From contig JAFWAT010000044.1 of NCBI GenBank assembly GCA_017507525.1, forward strand, positions 1 through 62,996: 62,996 bases of DNA, in the 5' to 3' direction. Of this stretch, positions 1-10,165 are shown piece after piece. The notes beneath the pieces were generated by a model. That model did no database searches, was not told where the DNA came from, and saw only the letters and a program-made list of their open reading frames with translations. Numbering within the stretch: the first letter of the stretch is position 1; each line of letters opens with the position of its first letter. This stretch comes from Clostridia bacterium. GTDB taxonomy: Bacteria > Bacillota > Clostridia > UBA1381 > UBA9506. Made by a program: the position numbers and the translations under genes.

Positions 1-2177
1 ATATCACCGGCAAGCTCGCAGGCATATTCTTCATCACGGCTTTCCGAAAGAATTTGCATCCGGTTTTTTTGATAATCCGGCATAATCAGTATCCATCCGC
101 GGTCATCAATTAACTTGACGCCTTCCGTCAAATCAACTGTTTTATTGTTGATCAAAGATAAAATTTTACGCATAACAAATCCCTTTTTAGAAGCGGGGCA
201 GTCCACCTGTCGGGCTATCTTATGCATTTTAGGTAATACCGTGGTAATATGCGACAGGGTAGAGCGATTTAAAAATAGAAATTCACAAATACGAATCACA
301 CTGCGAATAGGGTCAAAACACAAGTCATGCTGCAGCCTTGCTGCCGGTGTGTTAGTGTTTAGAAGCTGCGTCTCTAATGCATAATCTTCTATTCTTTTAA
401 TTTCTCCGCCAAGATGTGAAGCGATATCCAATGTGATATCAGAAACATGCTGCGGCATACATACGGTTGCTCCTTCAACGGCAGACAATACAATTAATGT
501 TACCAGTCCATAGAAGGTATCACCGGGCAGAACGCTTCCGTATTCATCATATAAGGCACATTTTCCGTTCTCACCAATTAAAACGCCAAAATCAAGTTTA
601 TTTTCCTGAATTAAATGAGGTAAATAGTCGCGGTCGTTGGTAAATAAAACAGATATACCAAAAGCAGAACAAATTTTCATCAGACGGTTCTTGGTTTCTG
701 AATCCTGTGCACAAACGCCAATCGAAAAACTAAGTCGTTTGCAGGGCGTTGTGGTGATTAAATCCTTAAAATAGTATAAGGGCATATCACTGACGTTGAT
801 GGGTTTTTGAATCTTTTCGGGGTTGATTCGCTTATAATCACCGGTCATAAGAACAGTATGCACCTTTTTAGCAGCTTCGTTTCCAATCGGTGTGCCGTTT
901 GCGCCCAATAGCTCAATTATGACATTTTTGTCGCTAAATTGCACATGAATACCGCCGTCCAGGGATAGCTTTCTGAGGGCAAATTTTGCAACGCTTCTGT
1001 CACCTGCACCCACAAGATTATATACCTCGGCGCCGGCTGCCATCAATCCGGATAAAAATGCAAATTTAGGCATCATATAACGGCTGTCGTCGGATAAACT
1101 AAGCAAAATTTTAGCGTTCGGCTTTATGCTTTGCACATATGCCGATGCAAGGTTAATTATAAACTCCGGGGTTATATCGTCATTTAAAATACCGGAAAAA
1201 CGATGTTGCACATGTGATGGCAGAGAAAAGGTCGATTGTGAAGAAGTGTAAATCATTTCCCTACCACAGGTCACGGTTTTGTATAGTTCTGTGTGCTTGG
1301 GCACTACGGTTCCACTCCACAATATGCAATCTTTCACGGTTGCGTCGGCACCAATCTCTGTCCGGTCTCCAATAACGGTATATGGCTTGATTTTTGCACT
1401 TTCATCAATGCTGCAATCTCTGCCGATTAATATGCCTTTAGACAGAGCGTCTGCAGCGAGACCAATATCCACATGCCCCATAAAAATGTCTTTATGACAC
1501 CTTTGATAACTGTCAATATGACTAATATCACACCAGTAATTATCTGTCTTGTAGCCATAGAGAGGTTGTTTTTTTTGCAAAAGAGCCGGAAACAGATTGT
1601 GGGCTAAATCATAATGCCCATGGTCAGGAATAAATGATAAAATCTCCGGCTTCATAACATATATCCCAGTATTAATGGTGTCACTTCTTACTTCGTTCCA
1701 GTCAGGCTGTTCATAAAAATGTTGTATTTTACCATCAGCATCTGTTACAACGACGCCATAATCCAAAGGGTATTCTGTTTCTTTGAGCAAAAGGGTAGCC
1801 AGAGCGTTTTTTTCTTTGTGAAATGAAATAGCAGCTGTAAGGTCACTGTCGGTCACAATATCACCGCAGATTACAACAAAATCTTCATGTAAGAACGAAG
1901 CTGCCTGTTTCAGGCAACCGGCGGTACCCCGTGGTTCAGTTTCCTGAAAATAAGTAAGCTGTACGCCGTAATCTTCGCCGTCTTTAAAATGCTCTAAAAT
2001 TAATTCACTTTTATAACCAAGTGTTACGCCAATTTCTGTAATATTATGCTTTTTTAAAAGACGGAGCAGATGTGCCATCACAGGCTGATTCATAACCGGT
2101 ATCATAGGCTTTGGCAGCTTATCAGTAAGAGGTCTGAGTCGCCGACCTTCGCCGCCGGCTAAAATGATTGCTTTCAT
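1..2177 (-). CDS. Bifunctional sugar-1-phosphate nucleotidyltransferase / phosphomannomutase-like fusion protein (3' end runs off the window)
   Basis: Absent from the ORF track because the frame stays open to position 1. My translation from the ATG at 2177 reads MKAIILAGGEGRRLRPLTDKLPKPMIPV..., a GXGXRL nucleotidyltransferase N-terminus. The codons near position 1 read ...GVKLIDDRGWILIMPDYQ..., typical of PGM/PMM domain IV. I hand-checked 1-200 and found no in-frame stops. Confidence 0.8.
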   Translation of the reverse strand, partial: MKAIILAGGEGRRLRPLTDKLPKPMIPVMNQPVMAHLLRLLKKHNITEIGVTLGYKSELILEHFKDGEDYGVQLTYFQETEPRGTAGCLKQAASFLHEDFVVICGDIVTDSDLTAAISFHKEKNALATLLLKETEYPLDYGVVVTDADGKIQHFYEQPDWNEVRSDTINTGIYVMKPEILSFIPDHGHYDLAHNLFPALLQKKQPLYGYKTDNYWCDISHIDSYQRCHKDIFMGHVDIGLAADALSKGILIGRDCSIDESAKIKPYTVIGDRTEIGADATVKDCILWSGTVVPKHTELYKTVTCGREMIYTSSQSTFSLPSHVQHRFSGILNDDITPEFIINLASAYVQSIKPNAKILLSLSDDSRYMMPKFAFLSGLMAAGAEVYNLVGAGDRSVAKFALRKLSLDGGIHVQFSDKNVIIELLGANGTPIGNEAAKKVHTVLMTGDYKRINPEKIQKPINVSDMPLYYFKDLITTTPCKRLSFSIGVCAQDSETKNRLMKICSAFGISVLFTNDRDYLPHLIQENKLDFGVLIGENGKCALYDEYGSVLPGDTFYGLVTLIVLSAVEGATVCMPQHVSDITLDIASHLGGEIKRIEDYALETQLLNTNTPAARLQHDLCFDPIRSVIRICEFLFLNRSTLSHITTVLPKMHKIARQVDCPASKKGFVMRKILSLINNKTVDLTEGVKLIDDRGWILIMPDYQKNRMQILSESRDEEYACELAGD

Positions 2178-2229
2178 AACAACATCCTTTCAAGCTGGAA
2201 TGTTGTTAGTTTGTGCATAAAATAGCGAA

Positions 2230-3303
2230 TTATACCTTCTTTCCATGCGTAGAAGCATCTCTGTAACGTTTGGGTGTTGTACCGGTTAAACGTCTAAAAA
2301 TTTTCCCGAAATAGCTTCGGTTTTCAAAACCTACGGCTTTGTGTACGGTATCAATCGAAACATTTGTTTTTTTCAGAATTTCTTTTGCCTTGTTCACCCT
2401 GACAAGATTCAAATATTGACTGAAATTGTAACCCGTGACTTCTTTAAAGATTTTTGAAAAATAAGAAGGACTTAGATACACCGCATTGGCAATAGAATTT
2501 TGGCTGATTTTTTCGTGAAAATGCTGTTCAATCAATTCAGTTGCTTGTTTAATAACGGTATTTCGCTTCAAAAGTGCAGACTGAAAAACAGCAAGCTTTA
2601 AATCTTCGCCTGCATTTGTAAAGCAGCATTTTAATTTACCGAGGGTATCGCAGCCTGATAAAGATTCAAAGTGAAAATGACGGTTTTTTTCCGGCAAAAA
2701 ATGCCCTGCATACTCATATATAACTTCATATATCAAAAAAACGACCTGTGTGCATAAATTTTTTGTTTTTTGAAAATCAAGACCGGTTTGTTCTAAAACA
2801 GCTTCTAATGTTTGGTCAATTGTTTTTGTTGCAAGCTCCGGTTCGCCTTTTGTAATTGCATCTATGAGGCATTTTTTTAGCTCACAATAGGGTAGCTCGG
2901 GATAGTCGACAAGAGGGTTAATGGTTATGTAAAACAGTTTTGCAAGATTATACAGCTTAACAGGCTCAATACAAGGAAAATCGAGATGCTTGACATTTCG
3001 GCCTTGCTCGTCACAAATAATTGGAGCCGAAACAAACAAAAGTGACGAATCCAAAGAGGGAGCTGCCGCAATATGACAATAACCGTTTTGACAGAAGAAA
3101 ACAGTAAAATACGGTGAAGAATTAACAGATGCAATCATTTTGTGAATGTCAGGACAAGTATCACAAATTTTACATGGGATTGATTCAGAAATATTATTTT
3201 TCAATATGGTATAAATTTGAATGCCGGTTGCGTATGTAAACATTTGAATTGTTTCTGATAATTGCAGCTTGTCAATCTGTGATTGGTGGTTCATAGTTGT
3301 CAC
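2230..3303 (-). CDS. AraC-family transcriptional regulator with an uncharacterised Cys-rich N-terminal sensor domain
   Basis: 357-aa ORF. The C-terminal double HTH (...SIANAVYLSPSYFSKIFKEVTGYNFSQYL...VGFENRSYFGKIFRRLTGTTPKRYR) is a classic AraC signature. The start is uncertain: GTG at 3303 or ATG at 3294. Confidence 0.85.
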   Translation of the reverse strand: MTTMNHQSQIDKLQLSETIQMFTYATGIQIYTILKNNISESIPCKICDTCPDIHKMIASVNSSPYFTVFFCQNGYCHIAAAPSLDSSLLFVSAPIICDEQGRNVKHLDFPCIEPVKLYNLAKLFYITINPLVDYPELPYCELKKCLIDAITKGEPELATKTIDQTLEAVLEQTGLDFQKTKNLCTQVVFLIYEVIYEYAGHFLPEKNRHFHFESLSGCDTLGKLKCCFTNAGEDLKLAVFQSALLKRNTVIKQATELIEQHFHEKISQNSIANAVYLSPSYFSKIFKEVTGYNFSQYLNLVRVNKAKEILKKTNVSIDTVHKAVGFENRSYFGKIFRRLTGTTPKRYRDASTHGKKV

Positions 3304-3421
3304 ATCCGAATATAAGTAAGATATTTATATTTTATCAAAACGCAATATTTGAATCAAGGGATTTTAGTGAGATAGGCTGTCACGATTTGACACAAATTGT
3401 CACAGAAATTTGAGAGAGGGG

Positions 3422-3450
3422 TTGACATTTGTAAAATTTACTGTTATAAT
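3422..3450 (+). promoter_or_regulatory. Consensus sigma-A promoter upstream of the recombinase gene
   Basis: TTGACA at 3422-3427, an exact 17-nt spacer, then TATAAT at 3445-3450. It lies about 58 nt upstream of the ATG at 3509. Confidence 0.7.
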
Positions 3451-3508
3451 TTATATATCACCAATTATACAAAATAAGAATTTTGTATAATTCAGAGGAG
3501 TGGTTTTT

Positions 3509-4483
3509 ATGAAAAATTTGCCGCAAGACGTGCCATACTTCTTAAAAGACTTTATTACCTATATGGAAGCTATTCGTGGTAAATCAAAAAATACGGTTTC
3601 AGAATACTTCTTTGACCTGCGTACCTTTCTTCGCTACATGAAGGTTTTGCATATGAATGCTTCTTTAGATGAATTTGAATCCATTAGCATTGATGATATT
3701 ACCATAGAATTTATACAATCCATTACATTACATGATTTGTATGAGTTTTTATCCTATACATCTTCAGAGCGTTTAAACAATGCAAATTCCCGTGCACGCA
3801 AGGTTGCTGCGCTGCGTTCATTTTTTAAATACTTAAATACAAAGGCTAAATTAATTCCTGACAATCCTGCCAAGGATTTAGATTCTCCCAAAATCCCAAA
3901 ATCCCTGCCAAAGTATTTATCATTAGATGAAAGCCGCACCTTACTGTCTCACATTGACGGAAATGATAAATTACGGGATTATGCCATTATTACCTTATTC
4001 TTAAATTGTGGTATGCGGCTTTCTGAGTTAGCCGGGATTAACCTGAAAGATATTAAAGATGATAAATTGACAGTTATTGGTAAAGGTAACAAAGAACGCG
4101 TTATCTATTTAAACAAAGCCTGCACACAGGCGATTGAGGCATATATACAAAACGAGCGCCCCAAGGAAGGTATTAAACACCCTCATCAGAACGCTCTTTT
4201 TATCAGCCGTAATAAACGCCGTCTCAGCATTAAAACCATTCAGCATCTTGTTAAAAAGCATTTACATGCTGCCGGTCTTGATGATACGAAATATTCAGTT
4301 CATAAATTGCGCCATACAGCAGCAACGCTCATGTATCAACACGGTCATGTGGATGTGCGCGTGCTGCAAGAGATCTTGGGTCATACAAACCTTGCCACAA
4401 CGCAAATCTATACCCATTTAGACAGCGAACAGCTTCGCCACGCCGCAGACAGTAATCCGCTGGCAGAGCCGGAAAAATCATAA
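3509..4483 (+). CDS. Site-specific tyrosine recombinase, XerC/XerD family
   Basis: The ORF track starts at GTG 3500. ATG 3509 sits 8 nt after GAGGAG, so I prefer it. The C-terminus HKLRHTAATLMYQHGHVDVRVLQEILGHTNLATTQIYTH carries the R..HxxR..Y integrase catalytic signature. Confidence 0.9.
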   Translation: MKNLPQDVPYFLKDFITYMEAIRGKSKNTVSEYFFDLRTFLRYMKVLHMNASLDEFESISIDDITIEFIQSITLHDLYEFLSYTSSERLNNANSRARKVAALRSFFKYLNTKAKLIPDNPAKDLDSPKIPKSLPKYLSLDESRTLLSHIDGNDKLRDYAIITLFLNCGMRLSELAGINLKDIKDDKLTVIGKGNKERVIYLNKACTQAIEAYIQNERPKEGIKHPHQNALFISRNKRRLSIKTIQHLVKKHLHAAGLDDTKYSVHKLRHTAATLMYQHGHVDVRVLQEILGHTNLATTQIYTHLDSEQLRHAADSNPLAEPEKS

Positions 4484-4501
4484 AATCAAGATAAAATCAA
4501 G
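4480..4501. repeat. Perfect 11-bp tandem duplication (ATAAAATCAAG x2) spanning both stop codons of the convergent recombinase and xth genes
   Basis: Read directly: copy 1 at 4480-4490 and copy 2 at 4491-4501. The recombinase TAA is at 4481-4483 and the xth TGA (reverse complement) at 4486-4488. Confidence 0.9.
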
Positions 4502-5238
4502 CCAACAGGACAATGATCACTGCCTAAAATATCAGAATAAATCACTGAATCGCTGATTTTATCCCGCAAACTGTCTGATACAATAAAATAATCAATACGC
4601 CAACCTGCATTCTTAGCTCTTGCCTGAAAACGGTATGACCACCAGCTGTATGCTTCCGTTTTATCAGGATACAAATAACGAAAGGAATCTGTAAATCCGC
4701 TACCAAGCAGCTCTGTCATTTTGCCCCGTTCTTCATCTGAAAAGCCGGGGTTTTTTCTGTTTGTTTTTGGGTTTTTCAGGTCAATTTCCTGATGGGCTAC
4801 ATTTAAATCACCGCACAATATAACGGACTTTTTATCTGCTAAAGACTTTAAATATTCTCTAAAATCATTTTCCCATTCCATTCTGTATGAGAGCCTTGCA
4901 AGCTCTTGCTGCGCATTAGGCGTATAGCAATTAACCAGATAAAAATCTTCAAACTCCAGCGTTATGGTTCTGCCTTCATGGCTGTGGGCTTCAATGCCAA
5001 TATCATATTGCACAGAAAGGGGTTTAATTTTGGTAAAAACAGCCGTTCCGGAATATCCTTTTTTATCAGCACTGTTCCAGAATTGTTCATAACCGTCCAG
5101 CTGAATTTCTGCTTGACCTTCCTGCATTTTGGTTTCTTGAACACAAAAAATATCAGCCTGTTCTTTTTCAAAAAAGTCTAAAAAGCCTTTTGTCAGGCAT
5201 GCACGCAGACCATTGACATTCCATGAAATTAACTTCAT
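4486..5238 (-). CDS. xth: Exodeoxyribonuclease III (AP endonuclease)
   Basis: [13 protein letters not shown]... through ...SDHCPV is the ExoIII/APE1 family signature. I moved the start to Met18 of the track ORF (5238), which follows AAGGGGAG. The upstream extension would overlap fmt. Confidence 0.93.
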   Translation of the reverse strand: MKLISWNVNGLRACLTKGFLDFFEKEQADIFCVQETKMQEGQAEIQLDGYEQFWNSADKKGYSGTAVFTKIKPLSVQYDIGIEAHSHEGRTITLEFEDFYLVNCYTPNAQQELARLSYRMEWENDFREYLKSLADKKSVILCGDLNVAHQEIDLKNPKTNRKNPGFSDEERGKMTELLGSGFTDSFRYLYPDKTEAYSWWSYRFQARAKNAGWRIDYFIVSDSLRDKISDSVIYSDILGSDHCPVGLILS

Positions 5239-5257
5239 AAACGCTCTACTCCCCTTT

Positions 5258-6190
5258 TTATTGTAGTATCGTTCCAGCTGTAATGGCATTTCCCTTTACA
5301 TAGTCGCTAACTGCCATTTTTTTCTTACCTTCAGCCTGTATAAAGGTAACATTTATTGCGCCGGTACCACATTTTACCGTAAAGGAGTTATCCTTTACGG
5401 ATGTAATCTCGCCGGGTTTTCCTGTAAAGCCATTACCCTTTTCAGGTGTTGCCTCGATAATTTTTAACAGCTTTCCCTCGTAGGTTGTATGTGCATAGGG
5501 ATAGGAATTCATGGCTCTGATAAGTCTGCAAATCTCGTCAGCAGAAGCGTTAAAATCAATTTTAGCCGTATTTTTATCAATCATAGGTGCATAACATGAG
5601 AGGGAATCATCTTGTTTTTCTCTTTCCAGTCTTCCCTCTTCCAGTGCTTTTATGGTTTCAAGGAGAACATCCTTGCCTAATTCACTTAATTTATCGTGAA
5701 GCGTTTCTCCAGTATCAGTTTCTTCAATTGCAATTTCCTTTTTTAAGAGCATATCACCGGTATCCAGCCCTACATCCATCTGCATGGTGGTAACACCGGT
5801 TTTGGCATCACCGCCAATAATTGACCATTGAATGGGCGCAGCACCACGGTATTTAGGCAGTAGGGATGCGTGTACATTGATGCAGCCATACTTTGGCAAA
5901 TTTAAAACCCGTTCCGGCAAAATCTTACCGTATGCTACGACAACAAACAAATCTGCATCGGCTTCTTGTAAACGTTCAAAAGAAGCCTCATCCTTCATTT
6001 TTTCCGGCTGGAAAACAGGAATATTATGCAAAAGTGCACATTCTTTAACCGGCGGCGGCGTTAGTTTATGACCTCTGCCCTTTGGCTTATCTGCCTGGGT
6101 GACAACCAATGCCACATCATGCCCTGCTTCAATCAGTGCTTTCAGGCACGGAACGGAAAAATCCGGCGTTCCCATAAAAACAATTTTCAA
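5258..6190 (-). CDS. fmt: Methionyl-tRNA formyltransferase
   Basis: 310 aa. [13 protein letters not shown]..., [18 protein letters not shown] start 2 nt after the def stop. Confidence 0.96.
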   Translation of the reverse strand: MKIVFMGTPDFSVPCLKALIEAGHDVALVVTQADKPKGRGHKLTPPPVKECALLHNIPVFQPEKMKDEASFERLQEADADLFVVVAYGKILPERVLNLPKYGCINVHASLLPKYRGAAPIQWSIIGGDAKTGVTTMQMDVGLDTGDMLLKKEIAIEETDTGETLHDKLSELGKDVLLETIKALEEGRLEREKQDDSLSCYAPMIDKNTAKIDFNASADEICRLIRAMNSYPYAHTTYEGKLLKIIEATPEKGNGFTGKPGEITSVKDNSFTVKCGTGAINVTFIQAEGKKKMAVSDYVKGNAITAGTILQ

Positions 6191-6192
6191 AT

Positions 6193-6675
6193 CTAGTTCG
6201 CCTCCTGCTGAATCTGGCTCTGGTCAATGTAATCAATGACCTTATCTGTATAAATAATGCCGTTTAAGTGGTCAATTTCATGGCAAAAAGCCTTGGCAAG
6301 CAGTCCTTCACCGCTCATTTCAACAGTTTCACCTTCAGGCGTCATTCCACGAACAATGACCTCCTGCGGACGCTTAACAGTGCCCCAAACACCAGGAACC
6401 GATAAGCAACCCTCCACATCAACCACTTCACCTTTTTGATATACAACTACAGGATTAATCAAAACAATCGGTCCTTCGCCAATATCAATAATAATGATGC
6501 GCTTTAAAATACCGATTTGCGGTGCAGCTAAGCCCACACCATTTTTTTCATACAGGGTCTCCTTCATATCTTCGATTAAGGATAAGATTTTTTCATCAAT
6601 TTTATCAACCTCCCGGGAGCGCTTGCGGAGGCTGTCATTCTCGGTATCAACTGTTAAAACGTTACGTAATGCCAT
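6193..6675 (-). CDS. def: Peptide deformylase
   Basis: 160 aa with GVGLAAPQIG, EGCLSVPG and HEIDHLNG, the three PDF motifs. Confidence 0.97.
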   Translation of the reverse strand: MALRNVLTVDTENDSLRKRSREVDKIDEKILSLIEDMKETLYEKNGVGLAAPQIGILKRIIIIDIGEGPIVLINPVVVYQKGEVVDVEGCLSVPGVWGTVKRPQEVIVRGMTPEGETVEMSGEGLLAKAFCHEIDHLNGIIYTDKVIDYIDQSQIQQEAN

Positions 6676-6696
6676 TTCTCTGTTCCTTTCGTTTCT

Positions 6697-8934
6697 TTAC
6701 ATAATATGTGTCGGATTGGTTTCTGCCAAAACGCTGACTGCTTGATTTTCCTTGCTCTTGTAATGCTTAGCAATGCAATCAGAGATTATGTTTAATATTG
6801 TATCATTTAATCTGCATTTAATCAAGATTCGTTTTCTGTATTTATTATTCATTTTATAAAATCCGCAGGCACCGGGACCTAACACTTCTGCAGGTATATT
6901 TTTTAGTGCATCCTTTAGCTGTTTGGCTGCTTTTTGGGCACATGTATCAACAAAGGCTTCTGAAAACCCGGAAAACACCAAAGAAACAATGTCACAAAAA
7001 GGCGGATACATCAGGCTCTTCCGGAGAGATATTTCCTCCTCGTAAAAAGATTGATAATCCTGCAGCTTAGCCATTTGCAACACGGAATTTTCCGGCATAT
7101 AGCTTTGAATGAACGCACGTCCTGCGTAGCTACCTCTGCCGGCACGACCGCAAACCTGTGTAATTAAATCAAAGGTCTTTTCGTTGGCGCGGTAGTCATC
7201 TAAATTCAGGCTCATATCCGCAGCCAGCACCCCGACCAAGGTAACATTTTCAAAATCTAAGCCTTTGGTAACCATTTGCGTACCAATTAATACATCAATT
7301 TTATCTTTTTCAAACTGCTCTAAAATTTTTTGGTGAGAGTTTTTAGCCGATACCGTATCTAAATCCATGCGCAAGACAGAAGCCTCCGGAAAAAGCTCTG
7401 CAAGCTCCTCCTCCACTTTCTGGGTGCCGGTGCCAAAATGCTTTATGTAATGGCTGGAACACTCAGGACAAACGTGAAGATTCTTCTGGGTATATCCACA
7501 GTAATGACAAGTGAGAAAATCCCGGTTTTTATGATAGGTCAGCGCAATGTTACAACGGGGACACTTGACCACATATCCACAAGAACGGCAGGAAATAAAG
7601 GTAGAAAAACCCCGCCGGTTTAAAAATAAAATGGTTTGATGACCTTTGTCTAAATTTTCCCGTATCGCCTGTTTTAATGGATTAGAAAAGAGAGAGCGGT
7701 TTCCCTCAACCAGCTCGCGGCGCATATCTACGATGGTTACATCCGGCATTATCTGGCTGTTTGCACGATTTGTAAGCGTAAGCAGCTTATATTTGCCGGA
7801 AAGAGCTTTATAATAGCTTTCAATAGAAGGTGTTGCCGAGGCAAGCACAAGGGGTATTCCCTGCTGTTTTGCACGAATGGCAGCAATTTCTCTGGCGTGA
7901 TATGACGGAACACTCTGTGACTTATAAGAGCTTTCGTGTTCTTCATCCACCACAATGAGCCCCAGATTTTGCAACGGTGCAAAAATTGCGGAACGTACAC
8001 CGATAACAACCTTAGCATCACCGTTTTTAATGCGTTTATATTCATCGTTGCGCTCACCCATGGAAAGCCGGGAGTGCAACACCGCAATTTGCCTTCCGAA
8101 TCGCCCTGCAAAGCGATGAATCATTTGTGGCGTTAAAGATATTTCCGGCACTAACACAATGGCTGTTTTCCCTTGATTTAACACCTTTTCAATGCACTGG
8201 AGAAAGACTTCTGTTTTGCCGCTTCCCGTCACGCCGTGCAGAAGAAAGACACCAAAGTCAGCCTGCGAATCCGAAATCACATCAATCGCCTTTTGCTGAT
8301 CGCTGTTAGGGGTCAATGGTTTTGTGGGGCTGATTGTATGATAGTCCACCGGATTACGAAAAATTTCTATCTCTACAGGTTCAATCACACCTTTTTTCTC
8401 TAACGCACGAATGGCAGCGACGCTGCAACCCAAAAGCATCTGAATATCTGTGTTGGCAACAAATTCATTCTGCATTAAAAGCTCTATGATGCGTGCCTGC
8501 ACCGGCGCTTTTGTCCGTGCAGTCTCCAGCGCTGTAAAGGCTTCATCGTAAGAAAGTGCTAATGCCGAGCCTTTTAAAACCTTATCCGAAACCGATTTTC
8601 CGTGTAAACCCATCCCGTATGGCACAACCGTTTTAATAGCAGCCAGATAGGTAGAAAAATACCGCTTTTTCATAAAGAAAATCAGTTCTAAAAGCTTCTC
8701 ATCAAACAAAGGCTCCGGTTCTATGACAGAATCAATTTCTTTTAATTCTTTAATTTGTGTTTTATGCGGAAAGTCAACTACGTATGCCTCGATCCGTTGA
8801 TTCGCTTTTCCGAAGGGCACATAGACAAGCATGCCGATTTTTATTTGATTTTCTAAGCGCTCGGGAATCAAATAGTCAAACAAACGATCTAGCGCCCGGG
8901 CGGTTTTATTGACAACAACAGATGCAATCTGCAT
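6697..8934 (-). CDS. priA: Primosomal protein N' (replication restart helicase PriA)
   Basis: 745 aa. Walker A GVTGSGKTEV, DEEH box, and a Cys-rich Zn region (CRSCGYVVKCPRCNIALTYH...CHYCGY...CPECSS). Confidence 0.96.
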   Translation of the reverse strand: MQIASVVVNKTARALDRLFDYLIPERLENQIKIGMLVYVPFGKANQRIEAYVVDFPHKTQIKELKEIDSVIEPEPLFDEKLLELIFFMKKRYFSTYLAAIKTVVPYGMGLHGKSVSDKVLKGSALALSYDEAFTALETARTKAPVQARIIELLMQNEFVANTDIQMLLGCSVAAIRALEKKGVIEPVEIEIFRNPVDYHTISPTKPLTPNSDQQKAIDVISDSQADFGVFLLHGVTGSGKTEVFLQCIEKVLNQGKTAIVLVPEISLTPQMIHRFAGRFGRQIAVLHSRLSMGERNDEYKRIKNGDAKVVIGVRSAIFAPLQNLGLIVVDEEHESSYKSQSVPSYHAREIAAIRAKQQGIPLVLASATPSIESYYKALSGKYKLLTLTNRANSQIMPDVTIVDMRRELVEGNRSLFSNPLKQAIRENLDKGHQTILFLNRRGFSTFISCRSCGYVVKCPRCNIALTYHKNRDFLTCHYCGYTQKNLHVCPECSSHYIKHFGTGTQKVEEELAELFPEASVLRMDLDTVSAKNSHQKILEQFEKDKIDVLIGTQMVTKGLDFENVTLVGVLAADMSLNLDDYRANEKTFDLITQVCGRAGRGSYAGRAFIQSYMPENSVLQMAKLQDYQSFYEEEISLRKSLMYPPFCDIVSLVFSGFSEAFVDTCAQKAAKQLKDALKNIPAEVLGPGACGFYKMNNKYRKRILIKCRLNDTILNIISDCIAKHYKSKENQAVSVLAETNPTHIM

Positions 8935-9080
8935 AGTCTCACGCCTTTTCTCTGTTTTTTTGTTTCATGTGAAATATGATTTTGTCAACTCAGGGATAAA
9001 AAGTTTTGTTTTTCTCAAGGGGAAGGCGTTTTTATCCCTTACATCTCAAACGATATAAAGACTGTATAAATAAGTTTATT

Positions 9081-10043
9081 TTAACCAAGGAATTCAAATT
9101 TTAAAGTCTGTGTTTTTGATTCATCAGGTTTAATGAATTCAAGCATTCCCTTCTCTCTCATTACATCTCTTCCATCAGGTATGCAGTTTCCCGGTTCAAA
9201 CCCCATCACATAATCATATTCACCCATCATTTTCCATTGTGTAAAGCACTTAAGCTCGTTTGCATCAAAAATCATTTTCATACCCTTTTTTATATTGGGG
9301 TTGTACATGCTGACTTCTGCAGTTTCTGAAAAATTATGATAATAACACATTTCTTCATAATCAGCTTGCGGGCTTTCCACCTTTAGGCAGTCAGCCAGAC
9401 CTGTCTTGGCATGTTCATTGCGCGGAATGACTTCAACTGATGAAATTTTGATTTCGGTATCTTCACTTAAAAGCGGATAACCCATATTGCAGTGATACAA
9501 AATTTCATACGGGGCTACCGATGAACCTATATTTTTAACGGTATCCGTCATTGTCAATTTGTTTTCATCAAGAGACACAACATATTCTCTCTCCAGTATA
9601 AGCTTATGAGAAAAAATGCGTGCATCACGAACTGTTGCCCTTATATAAATGTTGTTATCTTCAATGCTGTATGCGAAATTTTCGCAAGGGATATTGGATA
9701 TAGTTCCGTGAAGCGGAAGTTGCTCACCATCATCCGTGCAGGGATTTCCCACCGCCGTGAGTCCGCATGTGGTGCAAAATCCGGCAGTAAATGATTTTAA
9801 AAATCCAAGTCCTTCTTTGTCGTAGTAGTTTGGAGAAACATTTCCGCAGGCTGAGATAAAGCTAAAATTATCGCCTTTTAAACTAAGTCTTGTAATGTCT
9901 GCACAGCGATCAAGCGAAACCCAAAACTCAAGCCCTTTACCGTTTCTCACATATAGCATGCGCATACCATCGCCTTTGCCTCCGGTAAGCCGCATTTCCT
10001 CTACTCCATAAATTTGTGCCGGATGACCTATGTACTTATTCAT
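9081..10043 (-). CDS. Aldose 1-epimerase-family (DUF4432-like) protein
   Basis: I moved the start to MNKYIGHPAQIYG (ATG 10043), which follows AAAAGGAG. The overall pattern resembles galactose-mutarotase-like DUF4432 proteins. The family assignment comes from recall only. Confidence 0.7.
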   Translation of the reverse strand: MNKYIGHPAQIYGVEEMRLTGGKGDGMRMLYVRNGKGLEFWVSLDRCADITRLSLKGDNFSFISACGNVSPNYYDKEGLGFLKSFTAGFCTTCGLTAVGNPCTDDGEQLPLHGTISNIPCENFAYSIEDNNIYIRATVRDARIFSHKLILEREYVVSLDENKLTMTDTVKNIGSSVAPYEILYHCNMGYPLLSEDTEIKISSVEVIPRNEHAKTGLADCLKVESPQADYEEMCYYHNFSETAEVSMYNPNIKKGMKMIFDANELKCFTQWKMMGEYDYVMGFEPGNCIPDGRDVMREKGMLEFIKPDESKTQTLKFEFLG

Positions 10044-10165
10044 AAATATTCTCCTTTTCATTAAATTTAAAATCATTGTCCGTTGCGGGTCGATGAAGGC
10101 ATCGACCCCTACATTTTGTCCCTTATACATCTATCTATATAATCAGTGAACAATTGATAACGTAT

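Noticed and set aside
115-1497. Plus-strand ORFs 115-384 and 1279-1497 from the track
   Set aside because: They lie antisense within a long, motif-rich minus-strand frame (the nucleotidyltransferase/PMM fusion). They have no RBS and their composition is low-complexity. These are shadow ORFs.
3509-4483. The tyrosine recombinase as a marker of an integrated mobile element or prophage
   Set aside because: There are no flanking phage, IS or conjugation genes, no tRNA target, and no long direct repeats. The neighbours are core genes (xth, fmt, def). This looks like a chromosomal Xer-type recombinase.
4474-4501. The AAAATCA-rich repeat next to the recombinase as a dif site
   Set aside because: It does not resemble the 28-bp dif architecture of two 11-bp arms around a 6-bp core, as I recall it. 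It is a direct repeat, not an imperfect palindrome.
8993-9038. The GGGATAAAAA...TTTTTATCCC inverted repeat downstream of the epimerase-like gene as a terminator
   Set aside because: The loop is about 26 nt, the stem is AT-rich, and there is no clear T-run. This is too weak to call.
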